64,000 nucleotides of DNA, taken from the sequence record MT586120.1; one strand, 5' to 3'. Under the pieces are notes generated by a model. It did no database searches, was not told the DNA's origin, and saw nothing but the letters and a program-made list of their open reading frames with translations. Position numbers and translations under genes: made by a program. Position 1 is the stretch's first letter; the number at the start of each line of letters is the position of its first letter. This document shows, in pieces, positions 26,970-36,604 of this stretch.

Positions 26970-26983
26970 GCTCTAACTTCATA

Positions 26984-27961
26984 ATGGATTTTGTTGATTC
27001 AAAATATGTGAACTTGGTCTCCTCTCGTTTGGAAAAGTTCAAAAGAACAAAGGCGGATCTTTTTAATTTCCGCTGCCCCATCTGTGGGGACTCTTCTAAG
27101 AACAAAACCAAAGCGAGAGGCTACCTCTACACAGTAAAAAACAATACTAATTTTAAGTGTCATAACTGTCAATCCAGTATGTCACTAAACAATTTCATTA
27201 AGAAGTTGGATCCAGTCCTTCATAAGCAATATGTTATGGAGAAGTTTAAGGAAGGTCACACAGGCAAAAACTTCTCTACACCAACTCCCAAACTTGACTT
27301 CAAGGCACCCACTTTCACTAGAAAGACAAAGATTAGATTACCTAAAGCATCCGAGAACGAGCAAGCTAAAGCCTATTTGGTAAATCGTAAGTTAGACCCA
27401 GACAAGTTTTACTATACCGCAGGATTTAAGAAGTGGGCAAACACACTTACCAAAGCATTTAGCAATACTCAATATGATGACGCACGTATTGTAATCCCTT
27501 TATATACAGCAGATGGAGACTTGTTTGGTTTCCAAGGAAGAGCCCTTGGTCCTAGTAAGGTTAAATACATTACTATCATGCTCAATGATGACCATCCCAA
27601 AGTGTATGGGATGGATACAGTAGACACGAACAAGACTGTCTACGTGGTAGAGGGACCATTTGACTCTACTTTTATCAATAACGGTATCGCAATGTGTGGT
27701 GCTGATGTTGACCTAGATACTCTACAAATAAAAGATCTAGTATACGTTTACGATAACGAACCAAGAAACAAAGAAATCTGTGCCCGTATTGAGAAGGCAA
27801 TTAAACAAGGTAAAAAGGTTGTTATTTTCCCGTCACGTATTATAGAAAAAGACTTAAACGATATGGTTCTACAAGGCATAGACGCTAATTCTATGCTAGA
27901 ATCAAATACATACCAATCACTCACAGCAACAATTAAGTATAACGAATGGAAACGATTATGA
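26984..27961 (+). CDS. g61: DNA primase gp61
   Basis: Zn ribbon CPICGDS...CHNC; VEGPFDS; YDNEPRN. Confidence 0.96.
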   Translation: MDFVDSKYVNLVSSRLEKFKRTKADLFNFRCPICGDSSKNKTKARGYLYTVKNNTNFKCHNCQSSMSLNNFIKKLDPVLHKQYVMEKFKEGHTGKNFSTPTPKLDFKAPTFTRKTKIRLPKASENEQAKAYLVNRKLDPDKFYYTAGFKKWANTLTKAFSNTQYDDARIVIPLYTADGDLFGFQGRALGPSKVKYITIMLNDDHPKVYGMDTVDTNKTVYVVEGPFDSTFINNGIAMCGADVDLDTLQIKDLVYVYDNEPRNKEICARIEKAIKQGKKVVIFPSRIIEKDLNDMVLQGIDANSMLESNTYQSLTATIKYNEWKRL

Positions 27962-30258
27962 ACAGCGACATCAAGGTAATCAAAAGATCTGGTGCTAGTG
28001 AGCCTCTTGATATCAATAAGCTACATGTAATGGTAGAAGCTGCCTGTGAAGGATTGGCTGGCGTATCTGTATCCCAAGTTGAAATGACTTCGGAGATTCA
28101 GTTCTTTGATGGTATTACTACTGATCAGATCCAACGTATTCTTGTTAGTTCTGCCTCCAATCTAATTGACTTGGAGCACCCAAACTATCAGTTCGTAGCT
28201 GCCCGTCTAATGCTGTTTGCTCTACGTAAGCAGGTTTATGGTAAGCTTCATGAATTGATCACTGTGAAGGAGCAGGTAGAGCGCTGTGTAGAGGCTGGTG
28301 TGTATGATGAGGAGATCCTATCTCTATATTCTGATGAAGAGTTCGCTGAGTTTGATCGCATCATCGACCATGATCGTGACTATATCTTTACCTTTGCTGG
28401 TCTTCGTCAAGTAGTTGACAAGTACCTAGTCCAAGATCGTACATTTGATAAGATGTATGAGACTCCACAATTTATGTACCTTTTGGTTGCGGCGACTATG
28501 TTCTCCCGCTATCCTAAGGCAACCCGCATGTCCTATGTAAAACGATATTATGACGCAACATCAAAGCACCGTATCAATATTCCAACGCCTATTATGGCAG
28601 GTGTTAGAACGCCCCTTAGGCAGTACGCTAGCTGCGTTCTTATTGATTCCGACGACAGTCTCGATTCTATCTTTAGCTCTGATATGGCTATTGGCAGATA
28701 CGTTGCGCAAAGAGCTGGAATCGGGATCAACGCTGGCAGAATCCGTGGACTCAACAGTTCGATCCGTGGTGGCGAGGTCAGCCATACCGGGGTAATTCCA
28801 TTCCTAAAGAAGTTTGAAGCTACTGTCCGCTGCTGTACCCAGAATGGTATTCGTGGTGGATCTGCTACAGTTCACTTCCCCATCTGGCACCAAGAGATCC
28901 ACGATATTATCGTTCTTAAGAACAATAAGGGTACTTCTGATAATAGAGTACGTAAGTTGGACTACTCTATTCAGTTCAGTAAGATCTTCTATGAGCGCTT
29001 TATTCAGAATGGAGATATCACATTGTTCTCTCCTCATGATGTTCCTGGTTTATATGAGGCATTTGGTACAGAGGATTTTGATACTCTATACAGAATGTAT
29101 GAACTCAATGATATGACCCCTAAGAAGACTGTTAAAGCACAGGAGCTTATCCTAGAGCTACTCAAAGAGAGGGCAGAGACAGGTCGTATCTACATCATGA
29201 ACATTGACCACTGTAATAGTCATAGTTCTTTCCTAGATAAGGTTGAGATGTCTAACCTCTGCCAAGAGATTACACTTCCCACTCGCCCTTTAGACCATAT
29301 TGATAGTACTGAAGGTGAGATTGCCCTCTGTATCCTCTCTGCCGTCAACGTAGGCAAGCTACGTAACTTGGAAGAGATGGAAGAGTTATGTGACCTAGCA
29401 GTCCGTGGACTCGATGAACTCATTGACTTTCAGGGATACCCAATCAAAGCAGCGGAGATTGCCACCAAGAACCGCCGTAGTCTCGGTATTGGTTACATTG
29501 GACTAGCACACTACCTAGCCAAGCACCACGCCAACTATGCCGACCCAGAAGCCTTACAGCTAGTCCACGATCTTACAGAGCACTTCCAGTACTACCTCAT
29601 CAAAGCTACAACTAATCTCGCTAAAGAGAAAGGAGCTTGTGGTTGGTCTCATCGCACCAAGTACCATCACGGTATTCTCCCCATCGACACATACAAGAGT
29701 GATGTTGATGGTCTAGTTCCTAACAATCTCTCACTGGACTGGGAAGCCCTACGAGCCGACTGTATCAAGTATGGGGTACGCAACTCCACATTAAGCGCAC
29801 AGATGCCCTCTGAAAGCTCTTCAGTGGTCTGTAACGCAACTAACGGTATCGAACCACCCCGTGGATATCTATCCGTTAAGAAGAGCAAGAAAGGACCTCT
29901 CACGCAGATCGTTCCTTCTTATCAAACTCTTAAGCAGTATTACACATTGTTGTGGGATATGAAGAGCAATGAAGGTTACATCAACATTGTAGCTGTTATG
30001 CAGAAGTTCTTCGATCAAGCTATCAGTGGGAACTGGAGCTATAACCCCAAGAACTATCCTGATGGTGAAGTTCCTGTATCTGTTATGGTAAATGATTGGC
30101 TGAATACATATAAGTATGGTTGGAAGACTTCTTATTACCAAAATACATACGATACATCTAACGACGGCACAGAAGAAGCTCCCAAAGAGGAGACTATGGA
30201 AGATATCCTAGCCGAAGCAGAGTATTCTGATGATGATTGCGACTCTTGCAAGATTTAG
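27958..30258 (+). CDS. nrdA: Class Ia ribonucleotide reductase alpha subunit
   Basis: ATP-cone N-terminus; QYASCVL, SNLCQEI and C-terminal CDSCKI motifs. Confidence 0.98.
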   Translation: MNSDIKVIKRSGASEPLDINKLHVMVEAACEGLAGVSVSQVEMTSEIQFFDGITTDQIQRILVSSASNLIDLEHPNYQFVAARLMLFALRKQVYGKLHELITVKEQVERCVEAGVYDEEILSLYSDEEFAEFDRIIDHDRDYIFTFAGLRQVVDKYLVQDRTFDKMYETPQFMYLLVAATMFSRYPKATRMSYVKRYYDATSKHRINIPTPIMAGVRTPLRQYASCVLIDSDDSLDSIFSSDMAIGRYVAQRAGIGINAGRIRGLNSSIRGGEVSHTGVIPFLKKFEATVRCCTQNGIRGGSATVHFPIWHQEIHDIIVLKNNKGTSDNRVRKLDYSIQFSKIFYERFIQNGDITLFSPHDVPGLYEAFGTEDFDTLYRMYELNDMTPKKTVKAQELILELLKERAETGRIYIMNIDHCNSHSSFLDKVEMSNLCQEITLPTRPLDHIDSTEGEIALCILSAVNVGKLRNLEEMEELCDLAVRGLDELIDFQGYPIKAAEIATKNRRSLGIGYIGLAHYLAKHHANYADPEALQLVHDLTEHFQYYLIKATTNLAKEKGACGWSHRTKYHHGILPIDTYKSDVDGLVPNNLSLDWEALRADCIKYGVRNSTLSAQMPSESSSVVCNATNGIEPPRGYLSVKKSKKGPLTQIVPSYQTLKQYYTLLWDMKSNEGYINIVAVMQKFFDQAISGNWSYNPKNYPDGEVPVSVMVNDWLNTYKYGWKTSYYQNTYDTSNDGTEEAPKEETMEDILAEAEYSDDDCDSCKI

Positions 30259-30311
30259 ATCTTGCGGGGTCTCCCCTTTCCTGCTATAATTAACACCTCT
30301 TGTAGAATCCT

Positions 30312-31466
30312 ATGACTGCCCATAACATCGATGGAATGACTGTATTTAATTCCAACGAAGTTGATACTAAAAAACAACCTATGTTCTTTGGACAACCTTT
30401 GGGTGTCCAAAGATATGATTCATATAAGTATCCTATTTTTGAGAAGCTAACACAGCAACAACTAGGATTCTTTTGGAAACCTGAAGAGGTTTCTCTCCAA
30501 AAAGATCGTTCTGATTACCAAAAGCTTCGCCCAGAACAGAAGCATATCTTTACATCTAACCTAAAATATCAAATCCTCCTTGATTCTGTTCAGGGTCGTG
30601 GTCCTAGTATGGCTTTTGCTCCATACTGTTCCCTACCTGAACTAGAAGGTTGTATGAAAGCGTGGGAGTTTATGGAGATGATCCATTCACGTTCCTACAC
30701 ATATATTATTAAGAACATCTATTCAGATCCTTCTGAAGTATTTGATACTATCCTTAAGGATGATCGTATCCTAGAACGTGCTACTGCCGTTACTGCTGCT
30801 TATAATGAGTTTATCAACGCAGCGCACGACTACGACTCCCGTAAAGTGTATGAGCAGGCACAGGAAGATGTGTCTGTTGCCCAGGAAGAGCGCCGTGAGC
30901 TTAAGCGTAAGCTCTATCGTGCTGTAGCAAATGTTAATATCCTAGAAGGTATTCGTTTTTACGTATCATTTGCTTGTAGTTTTGCCTTTGGTGAGCTAAA
31001 GCAGATGGAAGGTTCAGCTAAAATCATTAGTTTAATTGCTCGTGATGAGTCACAACACCTGGTAATCACCCAGAATATTCTAAAAAACTGGGAGAAGGGT
31101 GACGATCCCGAGATGGTTGATATTGCTCGGGAAGAGAAGGAGTGGGTCATCAACACATTCCGTGCTGCTGTTCAGCAAGAGAAAGAGTGGGCAGAGTACC
31201 TATTCAAAGATGGTTCTATGATTGGTCTCAATGAGAAGCTTCTAGCCAACTATGTTGAGTGGGTTGCTAATCGACGTATGAAGGCAATTGGTTTAGAGCC
31301 AATCTTTGATGTACCAGCCAAGAACAATCCTCTCCCTTGGACAGAGCACTGGCTCAACTCCAAGAGCGTACAGGTTGCTCCACAGGAAACAGAGATTACC
31401 TCATACATTGTTGGTGGTCTTAAACAGGATATGAAAGAAGATCAGTTCTCTGGATTCTCCTTATAA
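30312..31466 (+). CDS. nrdB: Ribonucleotide reductase beta subunit
   Basis: LLDSVQGR, MIHSRSY, ILEGIRFY, RDESQH and APQETE motifs. Confidence 0.98.
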   Translation: MTAHNIDGMTVFNSNEVDTKKQPMFFGQPLGVQRYDSYKYPIFEKLTQQQLGFFWKPEEVSLQKDRSDYQKLRPEQKHIFTSNLKYQILLDSVQGRGPSMAFAPYCSLPELEGCMKAWEFMEMIHSRSYTYIIKNIYSDPSEVFDTILKDDRILERATAVTAAYNEFINAAHDYDSRKVYEQAQEDVSVAQEERRELKRKLYRAVANVNILEGIRFYVSFACSFAFGELKQMEGSAKIISLIARDESQHLVITQNILKNWEKGDDPEMVDIAREEKEWVINTFRAAVQQEKEWAEYLFKDGSMIGLNEKLLANYVEWVANRRMKAIGLEPIFDVPAKNNPLPWTEHWLNSKSVQVAPQETEITSYIVGGLKQDMKEDQFSGFSL

Positions 31467-31470
31467 ATAC

Positions 31471-31495
31471 AGGCTCCCTCAGGGGAGCTTTTTTT
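31471..31495 (+). terminator. Rho-independent terminator
   Basis: GCTCCC-TCAG-GGGAGC followed by T7. Confidence 0.85.
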
Positions 31496-31531
31496 ATGTC
31501 TAAATAGTTTTATAAAGTATTCATTAAAATA

Positions 31532-31975
31532 ATGTCTAGGGAAGAACTTATTGAATTGGCACTACAAGGTTCTGTAATTGCAGAGCAAATCGAAGAATCT
31601 GCAGACATTTACATCGATATTGCAGAGCATCTACTAGCATCTGGTCACGCATCTACAATCGGAGAGATTGACGTAATCCTTAGGGGAATGACTGTTGAGT
31701 CTGCTTCTGGTATTTTGGATGCCGTAGAGGGCACTCGGACGCTCTCTGAGGGGCACAAAAAGATTGCTGCTGGATTGGAAGCTGACCCAGAGGGATATAT
31801 GGTACTGCGCCAGATAGCCACCGCAGAGAACGCTTGCCTGCGCATCAAGACTTACATTGGTGGAGACAAGATGCTCCAACTACCAGCGTGGGTTCAGGCT
31901 AAAATGTCTATCGCAGCTGCTGACCTAGATACTATTGCTGATTACTTACTATCAGATACAGAAGCTACTGAGTGA
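31532..31975 (+). CDS. Hypothetical late protein
   Basis: TAAATA upstream; LPAWVQAKM motif. Confidence 0.6.
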   Translation: MSREELIELALQGSVIAEQIEESADIYIDIAEHLLASGHASTIGEIDVILRGMTVESASGILDAVEGTRTLSEGHKKIAAGLEADPEGYMVLRQIATAENACLRIKTYIGGDKMLQLPAWVQAKMSIAAADLDTIADYLLSDTEATE

Positions 31976-31981
31976 TTTATT

Positions 31982-32425
31982 ATGAGCACTGTTATTGCTG
32001 AAAACTTTATAACACCTAATGGAACAGGACTAGTCCCTATAGGTACTGTTATTATGTACTATGGTGCTACTGCTCCCACTGGGTACTTGGAATGTGATGG
32101 ACAGTCTACAGCTGCCTATGAGGATTTATTAGCACTAATTGGTCCCAACACCCCAGACCTTCGCGGTGAATTCGTAAGAGGTTGGGATAACGGTAGAGGT
32201 GTTGATACTGGTCGTGCTTTAGGTAGTACTCAAGATGATGAGTTTAAAGAACATCAACATACGATTGATGGATATCTTCTCCAAGATGGAGCGAACTATT
32301 CTCAAGCAAAAATCATAGCTGATGACGATAGAACTGATAGTGCTATAAGCAAAACCACTAATAATGAAGGTGGGACCGAGACTCGCCCACGTAACGTAGC
32401 TCTGATGTACTGTATTAAGCATTGA
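31982..32425 (+). CDS. Phage tail collar domain protein
   Basis: PIGTVIMY..ATAPTGYLECDG...PDLRGEFVRGWDNGRGVD...ETRPRNVALMYCIK. Confidence 0.9.
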   Translation: MSTVIAENFITPNGTGLVPIGTVIMYYGATAPTGYLECDGQSTAAYEDLLALIGPNTPDLRGEFVRGWDNGRGVDTGRALGSTQDDEFKEHQHTIDGYLLQDGANYSQAKIIADDDRTDSAISKTTNNEGGTETRPRNVALMYCIKH

Positions 32426-32430
32426 TATAG

Positions 32431-32470
32431 GGACCTCTTACTTGACAAGAGGTCTTTTTTTGTGTATAAT
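32431..32470 (+). promoter_or_regulatory. Terminator hairpin with an embedded sigma70 promoter
   Basis: GACCTCTT/AAGAGGTC stem plus T-tract; TTGACA at 32442, 17-nt spacer, TATAAT at 32465. Confidence 0.8.
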
Positions 32471-32533
32471 CAGCCTTGTCGAGGGTGATAAGTGACTTTA
32501 AGTACTAAATAAATGATAATAGCTCTCAATAAT

Positions 32534-32689
32534 ATGGCTTTTAGAATATGGCATTCACCTGTAAAGAGTACTGTAGTTGAGACTTGGGAAGAAGTTTTTG
32601 TTTATTATCAGGTTCAACTAGCTACTGTAGGACATCAGCCAGATTATTGGGAAGAGATTTCAGAAGAAGAATATATAAAGAAGCGGTAA
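32534..32689 (+). CDS. Hypothetical 51-aa protein (not in ORF track)
   Basis: MAFRIWHSPVKSTVVETWEEV..., read manually. Confidence 0.45.
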   Translation: MAFRIWHSPVKSTVVETWEEVFVYYQVQLATVGHQPDYWEEISEEEYIKKR

Positions 32690-32698
32690 ACCACTTTA

Positions 32699-33127
32699 AT
32701 GGTAGATTACGAGAATCCCTGGATGTATAAAGGGAGACCTTTTACTACCGAAAAGATAAAAAATTATTATGGGTTCTTATACCTTATTGAGAATAAGCTC
32801 ACCGGTAGAAAGTATGTGGGTAGAAAGTATTTCGTTCAGAAGAGAAAACCAAAAGGTGGTAAGCGTAGAGTAACTTCTGAAAGTGATTGGAAAAAATATT
32901 ATGGTTCTAACGACCAGTTAAAAGCTGATGCGAAAGAGTTTGGTAAAGAGAACTTCAGTAGAAAGATATTATCCCTACACGAAACTGTAGGTAAAACTAA
33001 CTACGCAGAGACAGAAGCACTCTTTAAATACAATGTTTTAAGAGCCAAGATGAAGGATGGTACTCCTGCTTATTATAATATGAATATCTTATCAAGATAT
33101 TTTAAGAAGGACTATTGGGTGGACTAA
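32699..33127 (+). CDS. GIY-YIG-like nuclease family protein
   Basis: YGFLYLIENKLTGRKYVGRK and SDWKKYYGS motifs. Confidence 0.75.
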   Translation: MVDYENPWMYKGRPFTTEKIKNYYGFLYLIENKLTGRKYVGRKYFVQKRKPKGGKRRVTSESDWKKYYGSNDQLKADAKEFGKENFSRKILSLHETVGKTNYAETEALFKYNVLRAKMKDGTPAYYNMNILSRYFKKDYWVD

Positions 33128-33150
33128 ATAAACCACCTGGTCTTTTTATT

Positions 33151-33858
33151 ATGAAGATTGAACTTAAAAACTTTTTTAAGTATTACAATGATGGCTTACC
33201 CCACCACAAAAATTCTGTTGATAAACTAGCTGAAAAAATTGCTAAATTAGCACCAGAACTTTTGGAAGATGATGCCGAGTGGGTTTCTATCTACAGAAAT
33301 CAATCTGTTGATAACGATGGCGACCAAGAATTAGTATTACCTGTTCTCTACTACCCGCAGACAGACAACTACACACAGCCCGAGAGGACGTGTAATTCAT
33401 CCGCTTGTGCTATGGCTTTGGAATACTTCAAGCCAGGTACTCTACACGGTCCTAAAGGCGATGATGAGTATATTAGGGAGGTCTTCCAAGTAGGAGATAC
33501 TACCGACCATTGGGTACAGACAGAGATTTTAAGAAATCACGGCATTGAATCTACATTCAAATATGATTTAGATTTTGATGACCTTGATAAAGAATTAGAA
33601 AACCGTAGACCTGTTGTTATTGGTATCCTCCACAGGGGACCTCTATATGCCCCGTCAGGCGGTCATATGATTGTTGTGATTGGTAGAACCGAGAAAGGTG
33701 ACTACATCGTTCACGACCCATATGGAGACCTCTACGATGGATATACAAGCACCGTATATAATGGTAGCTCTGCTGTATACGAAAGAAGAGTATTAGAAAA
33801 GAGATGGACGTGCGACGGTAGTCGTTCAGGATGGGGTAGAGTTTTTTTTCCACAGTAG
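33151..33858 (+). CDS. C39-like cysteine peptidase (putative cell-wall peptidase); 0-frame product
   Basis: YYPQTDN...TCNSSACAM (Gln/Cys), GHMIVVIG (His), VHDPYG (Asp); CTAAATA at 33124. Confidence 0.8.
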   Translation: MKIELKNFFKYYNDGLPHHKNSVDKLAEKIAKLAPELLEDDAEWVSIYRNQSVDNDGDQELVLPVLYYPQTDNYTQPERTCNSSACAMALEYFKPGTLHGPKGDDEYIREVFQVGDTTDHWVQTEILRNHGIESTFKYDLDFDDLDKELENRRPVVIGILHRGPLYAPSGGHMIVVIGRTEKGDYIVHDPYGDLYDGYTSTVYNGSSAVYERRVLEKRWTCDGSRSGWGRVFFPQ

Positions 33859-33888
33859 AACCACCTAACTCTATCTTAGGGGTTCTAC
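33843..33888 (+). other. Candidate -1 programmed ribosomal frameshift signal
   Basis: T_TTT_TTT (33843-33849), spacer CCACA, hairpin GTAGAACC-a-CCTAA-ctctatc-TTAGG-GGTTCTAC. Confidence 0.7.
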
Positions 33889-34367
33889 CAAATTCAGGCA
33901 TACAACTAATCAAAGAATTTGAGGGGCTTCACGTCCTAAGAAACGATGGGTATATTCATGCCTATCCAGACCCACTCTCAGGAAATCTACCAATCACTAT
34001 TGGCTGGGGTTCCACTAGAAAGCTGAATGGTTATCCGTTCAAGCTTGGAGATAAAATAACCAGGTCTGATGCTGATGAATTACTAATAAATCAGTTGAAG
34101 GATGAATACTTATCTACTCTAGAAAGAGAAGTACCTTACTGGAGAGAAATGAACGACAACCAGAGAGGAGCTTTGTTGAGCTTCGCATATAATCTGGGAG
34201 CACATTTCTATGGTAGTGCTGGTTTCAGCACAATAAGCCGTGTTCTTCGGGAAAAGGAGTGGAATAAAGTCCCTGATGCGCTATACTTATACCGAAACCC
34301 AGGCACAAGCGTAGAGGCAGGCTTGACCCGCAGACGCATTGCCGAAGGTGATCTTTGGAAATCTTAA
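33849..34367 (+). CDS. GH24 lysozyme domain with no start codon, in the -1 frame of the peptidase
   Basis: Frame open 33840-34367: IKEFEG...AYPDP...ITIGWGST...ALLSFAYNLG...GLTRRRIAE. First ATG/GTG/TTG is at 34095, downstream of all catalytic residues. Confidence 0.85.
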   Translation, partial: STVEPPNSILGVLPNSGIQLIKEFEGLHVLRNDGYIHAYPDPLSGNLPITIGWGSTRKLNGYPFKLGDKITRSDADELLINQLKDEYLSTLEREVPYWREMNDNQRGALLSFAYNLGAHFYGSAGFSTISRVLREKEWNKVPDALYLYRNPGTSVEAGLTRRRIAEGDLWKS

Positions 34368-34368
34368 T

Positions 34369-34788
34369 ATGTTATTACCACTGTTTAAAGAAAGGTTCCA
34401 GGGCTTCTGGAACAACCAACGCCAAGCATACAATGACCCTCGGGGGCAGGCATTAGTTCATGTTATCCATGAGTTTGATGTTGATAGGTATCTATGTTCT
34501 TATAGGTATCGCCGTCAAAAAAATCCATACAGATATTTTGAAGCAACATTACACGATAACGATGGTCAGGTTATTTTAAAAAACCCCGTCCACGATATTA
34601 TGTTTTATGTTCAGAATGGATGTTTTGTAACCAAGTCTAATTTCATTAGCCGTGGTGTGCGTTATATCAATGAAGCCTATCTAGGTGAAAACTATTACCA
34701 CGTCAAAGACCAAGGTTTTGATTTAAAAACTGGGAAGCAAATTTGGGGTCTTGAAGGTGATAACTTCTATGAGTTTGATAGGACTTAA
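34369..34788 (+). CDS. cpeT: CpeT/CpcT-like bilin lyase
   Basis: FQGFWNNQRQAYNDP...NPYR...KDQGFD..TGKQIWG..YEFDR matches the T-type lyase pattern. Confidence 0.75.
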   Translation: MLLPLFKERFQGFWNNQRQAYNDPRGQALVHVIHEFDVDRYLCSYRYRRQKNPYRYFEATLHDNDGQVILKNPVHDIMFYVQNGCFVTKSNFISRGVRYINEAYLGENYYHVKDQGFDLKTGKQIWGLEGDNFYEFDRT

Positions 34789-34983
34789 TCCTCTCTTCTA
34801 AATATTTGATGCAGTCGTCTAAGTTGTTAATTCTTTTGTAATCCATAAGTAGACGCTTATAGTACTGTCACACATCGCATATTATATGCGAGTTCATATG
34901 CTATTATTTATATGTTCTTTAATTGAACCGTGGTGTGTTGAGGGGGTTGTTCCCCCATCAAATGTCGAATTCTATTACTTAAC

Positions 34984-35607
34984 TTGAAATTACTTACTCA
35001 ATTTGCAGCAGTTGCAACTTCACTAACTCTGTCTAGCCTAGCTACATCAACTGTCCCTCAGCTACCCGCTATGGCAGTTGAGACCGAAGAAAAGGCTACT
35101 GTTGTTGAAGCTGAGCCTGTTGTAGAAACTGAAACGCGGTGGGTTCTCCCTACAGCTAATCATGCAGAGACTAAAGTTCTCAATGCATTACAAGATCGTG
35201 GTATTGAAGACCGAAATGCTCTTGCTACTGTTATGGGAAACATCAAGCAAGAGTCAAAGTTTAACTCCAACATCTGTGAAGGTGGTGCTCGGGTGTCTTA
35301 TCATGGTTGCCGTAGTGGTGGTTATGGTCTAATTCAATGGACCAGCATTGGACGCTATCGTGGTTTAGGTAGTCACGCTTATCGTATTGGGATGGATCCG
35401 TCCACGGTAGATGCTCAAATTTCGTTTCTCTTTACCGAAAGGCAATGGAGAGGAATCGAGCCATCACTCAAAACCAATGGTCAAAGCATTGGTTTCTATA
35501 TGGGAAAAACATATTACTGGCTTGGCTGGGGTATACATGGTAATCGTACTACTTACGCTTATCAATATGCTTCAAGGCTTACTAGCATTGAGGTTCCCGT
35601 CACATAA
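34984..35607 (+). CDS. Phage tail-lysozyme-like (Phage_lysozyme2) cell-wall hydrolase with N-terminal signal-like segment
   Basis: ALATVMGNIKQES...GGYGLIQWT motif; TTG start. Confidence 0.7.
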   Translation: MKLLTQFAAVATSLTLSSLATSTVPQLPAMAVETEEKATVVEAEPVVETETRWVLPTANHAETKVLNALQDRGIEDRNALATVMGNIKQESKFNSNICEGGARVSYHGCRSGGYGLIQWTSIGRYRGLGSHAYRIGMDPSTVDAQISFLFTERQWRGIEPSLKTNGQSIGFYMGKTYYWLGWGIHGNRTTYAYQYASRLTSIEVPVT

Positions 35608-35629
35608 ATAATGCAGCTTATGCTTTTCT

Positions 35630-36016
35630 ATGGGACCTAAGTATGATGTCGAATTCTATTTTGGAGTTCGACCTGTAAGAACAATTCATTTATACATAAC
35701 TGCCATCTTTTTGAGCTTGGCAGTTAGTTTAATATCTCATTACACAAAAGCAGATAAAAAAAATCTCTGGCTTATTGTTGATGAGATAGGAAAAAAGTAT
35801 AACATTAGAGTTATTAACAAACTAATCCTTTCTGTTCCTGAACTTTTATCAGGACGTATTGACAATGAGATTGATAAAGCTATTGATGAATACAATAGTG
35901 TGCTAGAATTAGAAGAACCTCATAACACACCAATCTTTACAGAAGAAAGTGAAGGTGAAACTTCTCTTGGTGGTGAAATGAGACTTCGTTCTCCCTGGAA
36001 TACAACTGACGATTAA
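35630..36016 (+). CDS. Hypothetical protein with N-terminal transmembrane helix
   Basis: LYITAIFLSLAVSLI hydrophobic segment. Confidence 0.55.
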   Translation: MGPKYDVEFYFGVRPVRTIHLYITAIFLSLAVSLISHYTKADKKNLWLIVDEIGKKYNIRVINKLILSVPELLSGRIDNEIDKAIDEYNSVLELEEPHNTPIFTEESEGETSLGGEMRLRSPWNTTDD

Positions 36017-36021
36017 TTATT

Positions 36022-36183
36022 ATGTCACGCTACGATCAAATTTTAAAAAATCTAAAAGAAGCAATCTCCAATCCCCATCTATACAATGAGGAAGAGATTC
36101 GTTTTATGAAGACACAGCTTCGCGAACTAACAGAATCAAAGCAACAATTTCTAAGAGAAGATAAGAATGGATTTGGCTCTTAA
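36022..36183 (+). CDS. Hypothetical 53-aa protein (not in ORF track)
   Basis: MSRYDQILKNLKEAI...NGFGS; overlaps the def start. Confidence 0.55.
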   Translation: MSRYDQILKNLKEAISNPHLYNEEEIRFMKTQLRELTESKQQFLREDKNGFGS

Positions 36184-36604
36184 AATTGTAGGTGAAACTT
36201 GCCTTACTGAACCATCAATAGTAATTGATGAAATTACTGACGATATTATCAATCTCTCCAACAAAATGAAAGAGAAGATGGTTCAGTGGGACGGTATAGG
36301 ATTAGCTGCACCTCAAGTTGGACACAACATCCGTCTTATTGTTATTCGTTTCAGCAGCGGCAAAATACAGGAAATGATTAATCCTAGGATTAGTTGGACT
36401 TCTGAAGTGCGAAAGAAAAGCCAAGAGGGATGCCTAAGCATTCCAGGAGAAACTATTTGGGTTGAAAGACCATCTAAGGTCCGTGTGAAATTTCAGACTG
36501 CCGAAGGTGAGTTTAGATACTGGTGTCTCCATAAGATGGATGCCCGAGTATTCTTACACGAGTATGATCACCTTGAAGGTATTTTAATGACTGACCGACT
36601 ATGA
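36167..36604 (+). CDS. def: Peptide deformylase
   Basis: GIGLAAPQVG, EGCLSIP and HEYDHLEG motifs. Confidence 0.95.
   Translation: MDLALKIVGETCLTEPSIVIDEITDDIINLSNKMKEKMVQWDGIGLAAPQVGHNIRLIVIRFSSGKIQEMINPRISWTSEVRKKSQEGCLSIPGETIWVERPSKVRVKFQTAEGEFRYWCLHKMDARVFLHEYDHLEGILMTDRL

Noticed and set aside
27958-31466. Introns or inteins in nrdA and nrdB
   Set aside because: Both ORFs are continuous and of ordinary length, with no intein C/S...HN ends or embedded endonuclease.
33855-33888. Hairpin after the peptidase stop read as a transcription terminator
   Set aside because: There is no 3' U-tract; the T-run lies 5' of the stem, and the stem sits inside the lysozyme reading frame.
34095-34367. 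Stand-alone 90-aa lysozyme from the ORF track
   Set aside because: It would lack the catalytic Glu, Asp and Thr, which are encoded upstream in the same frame.
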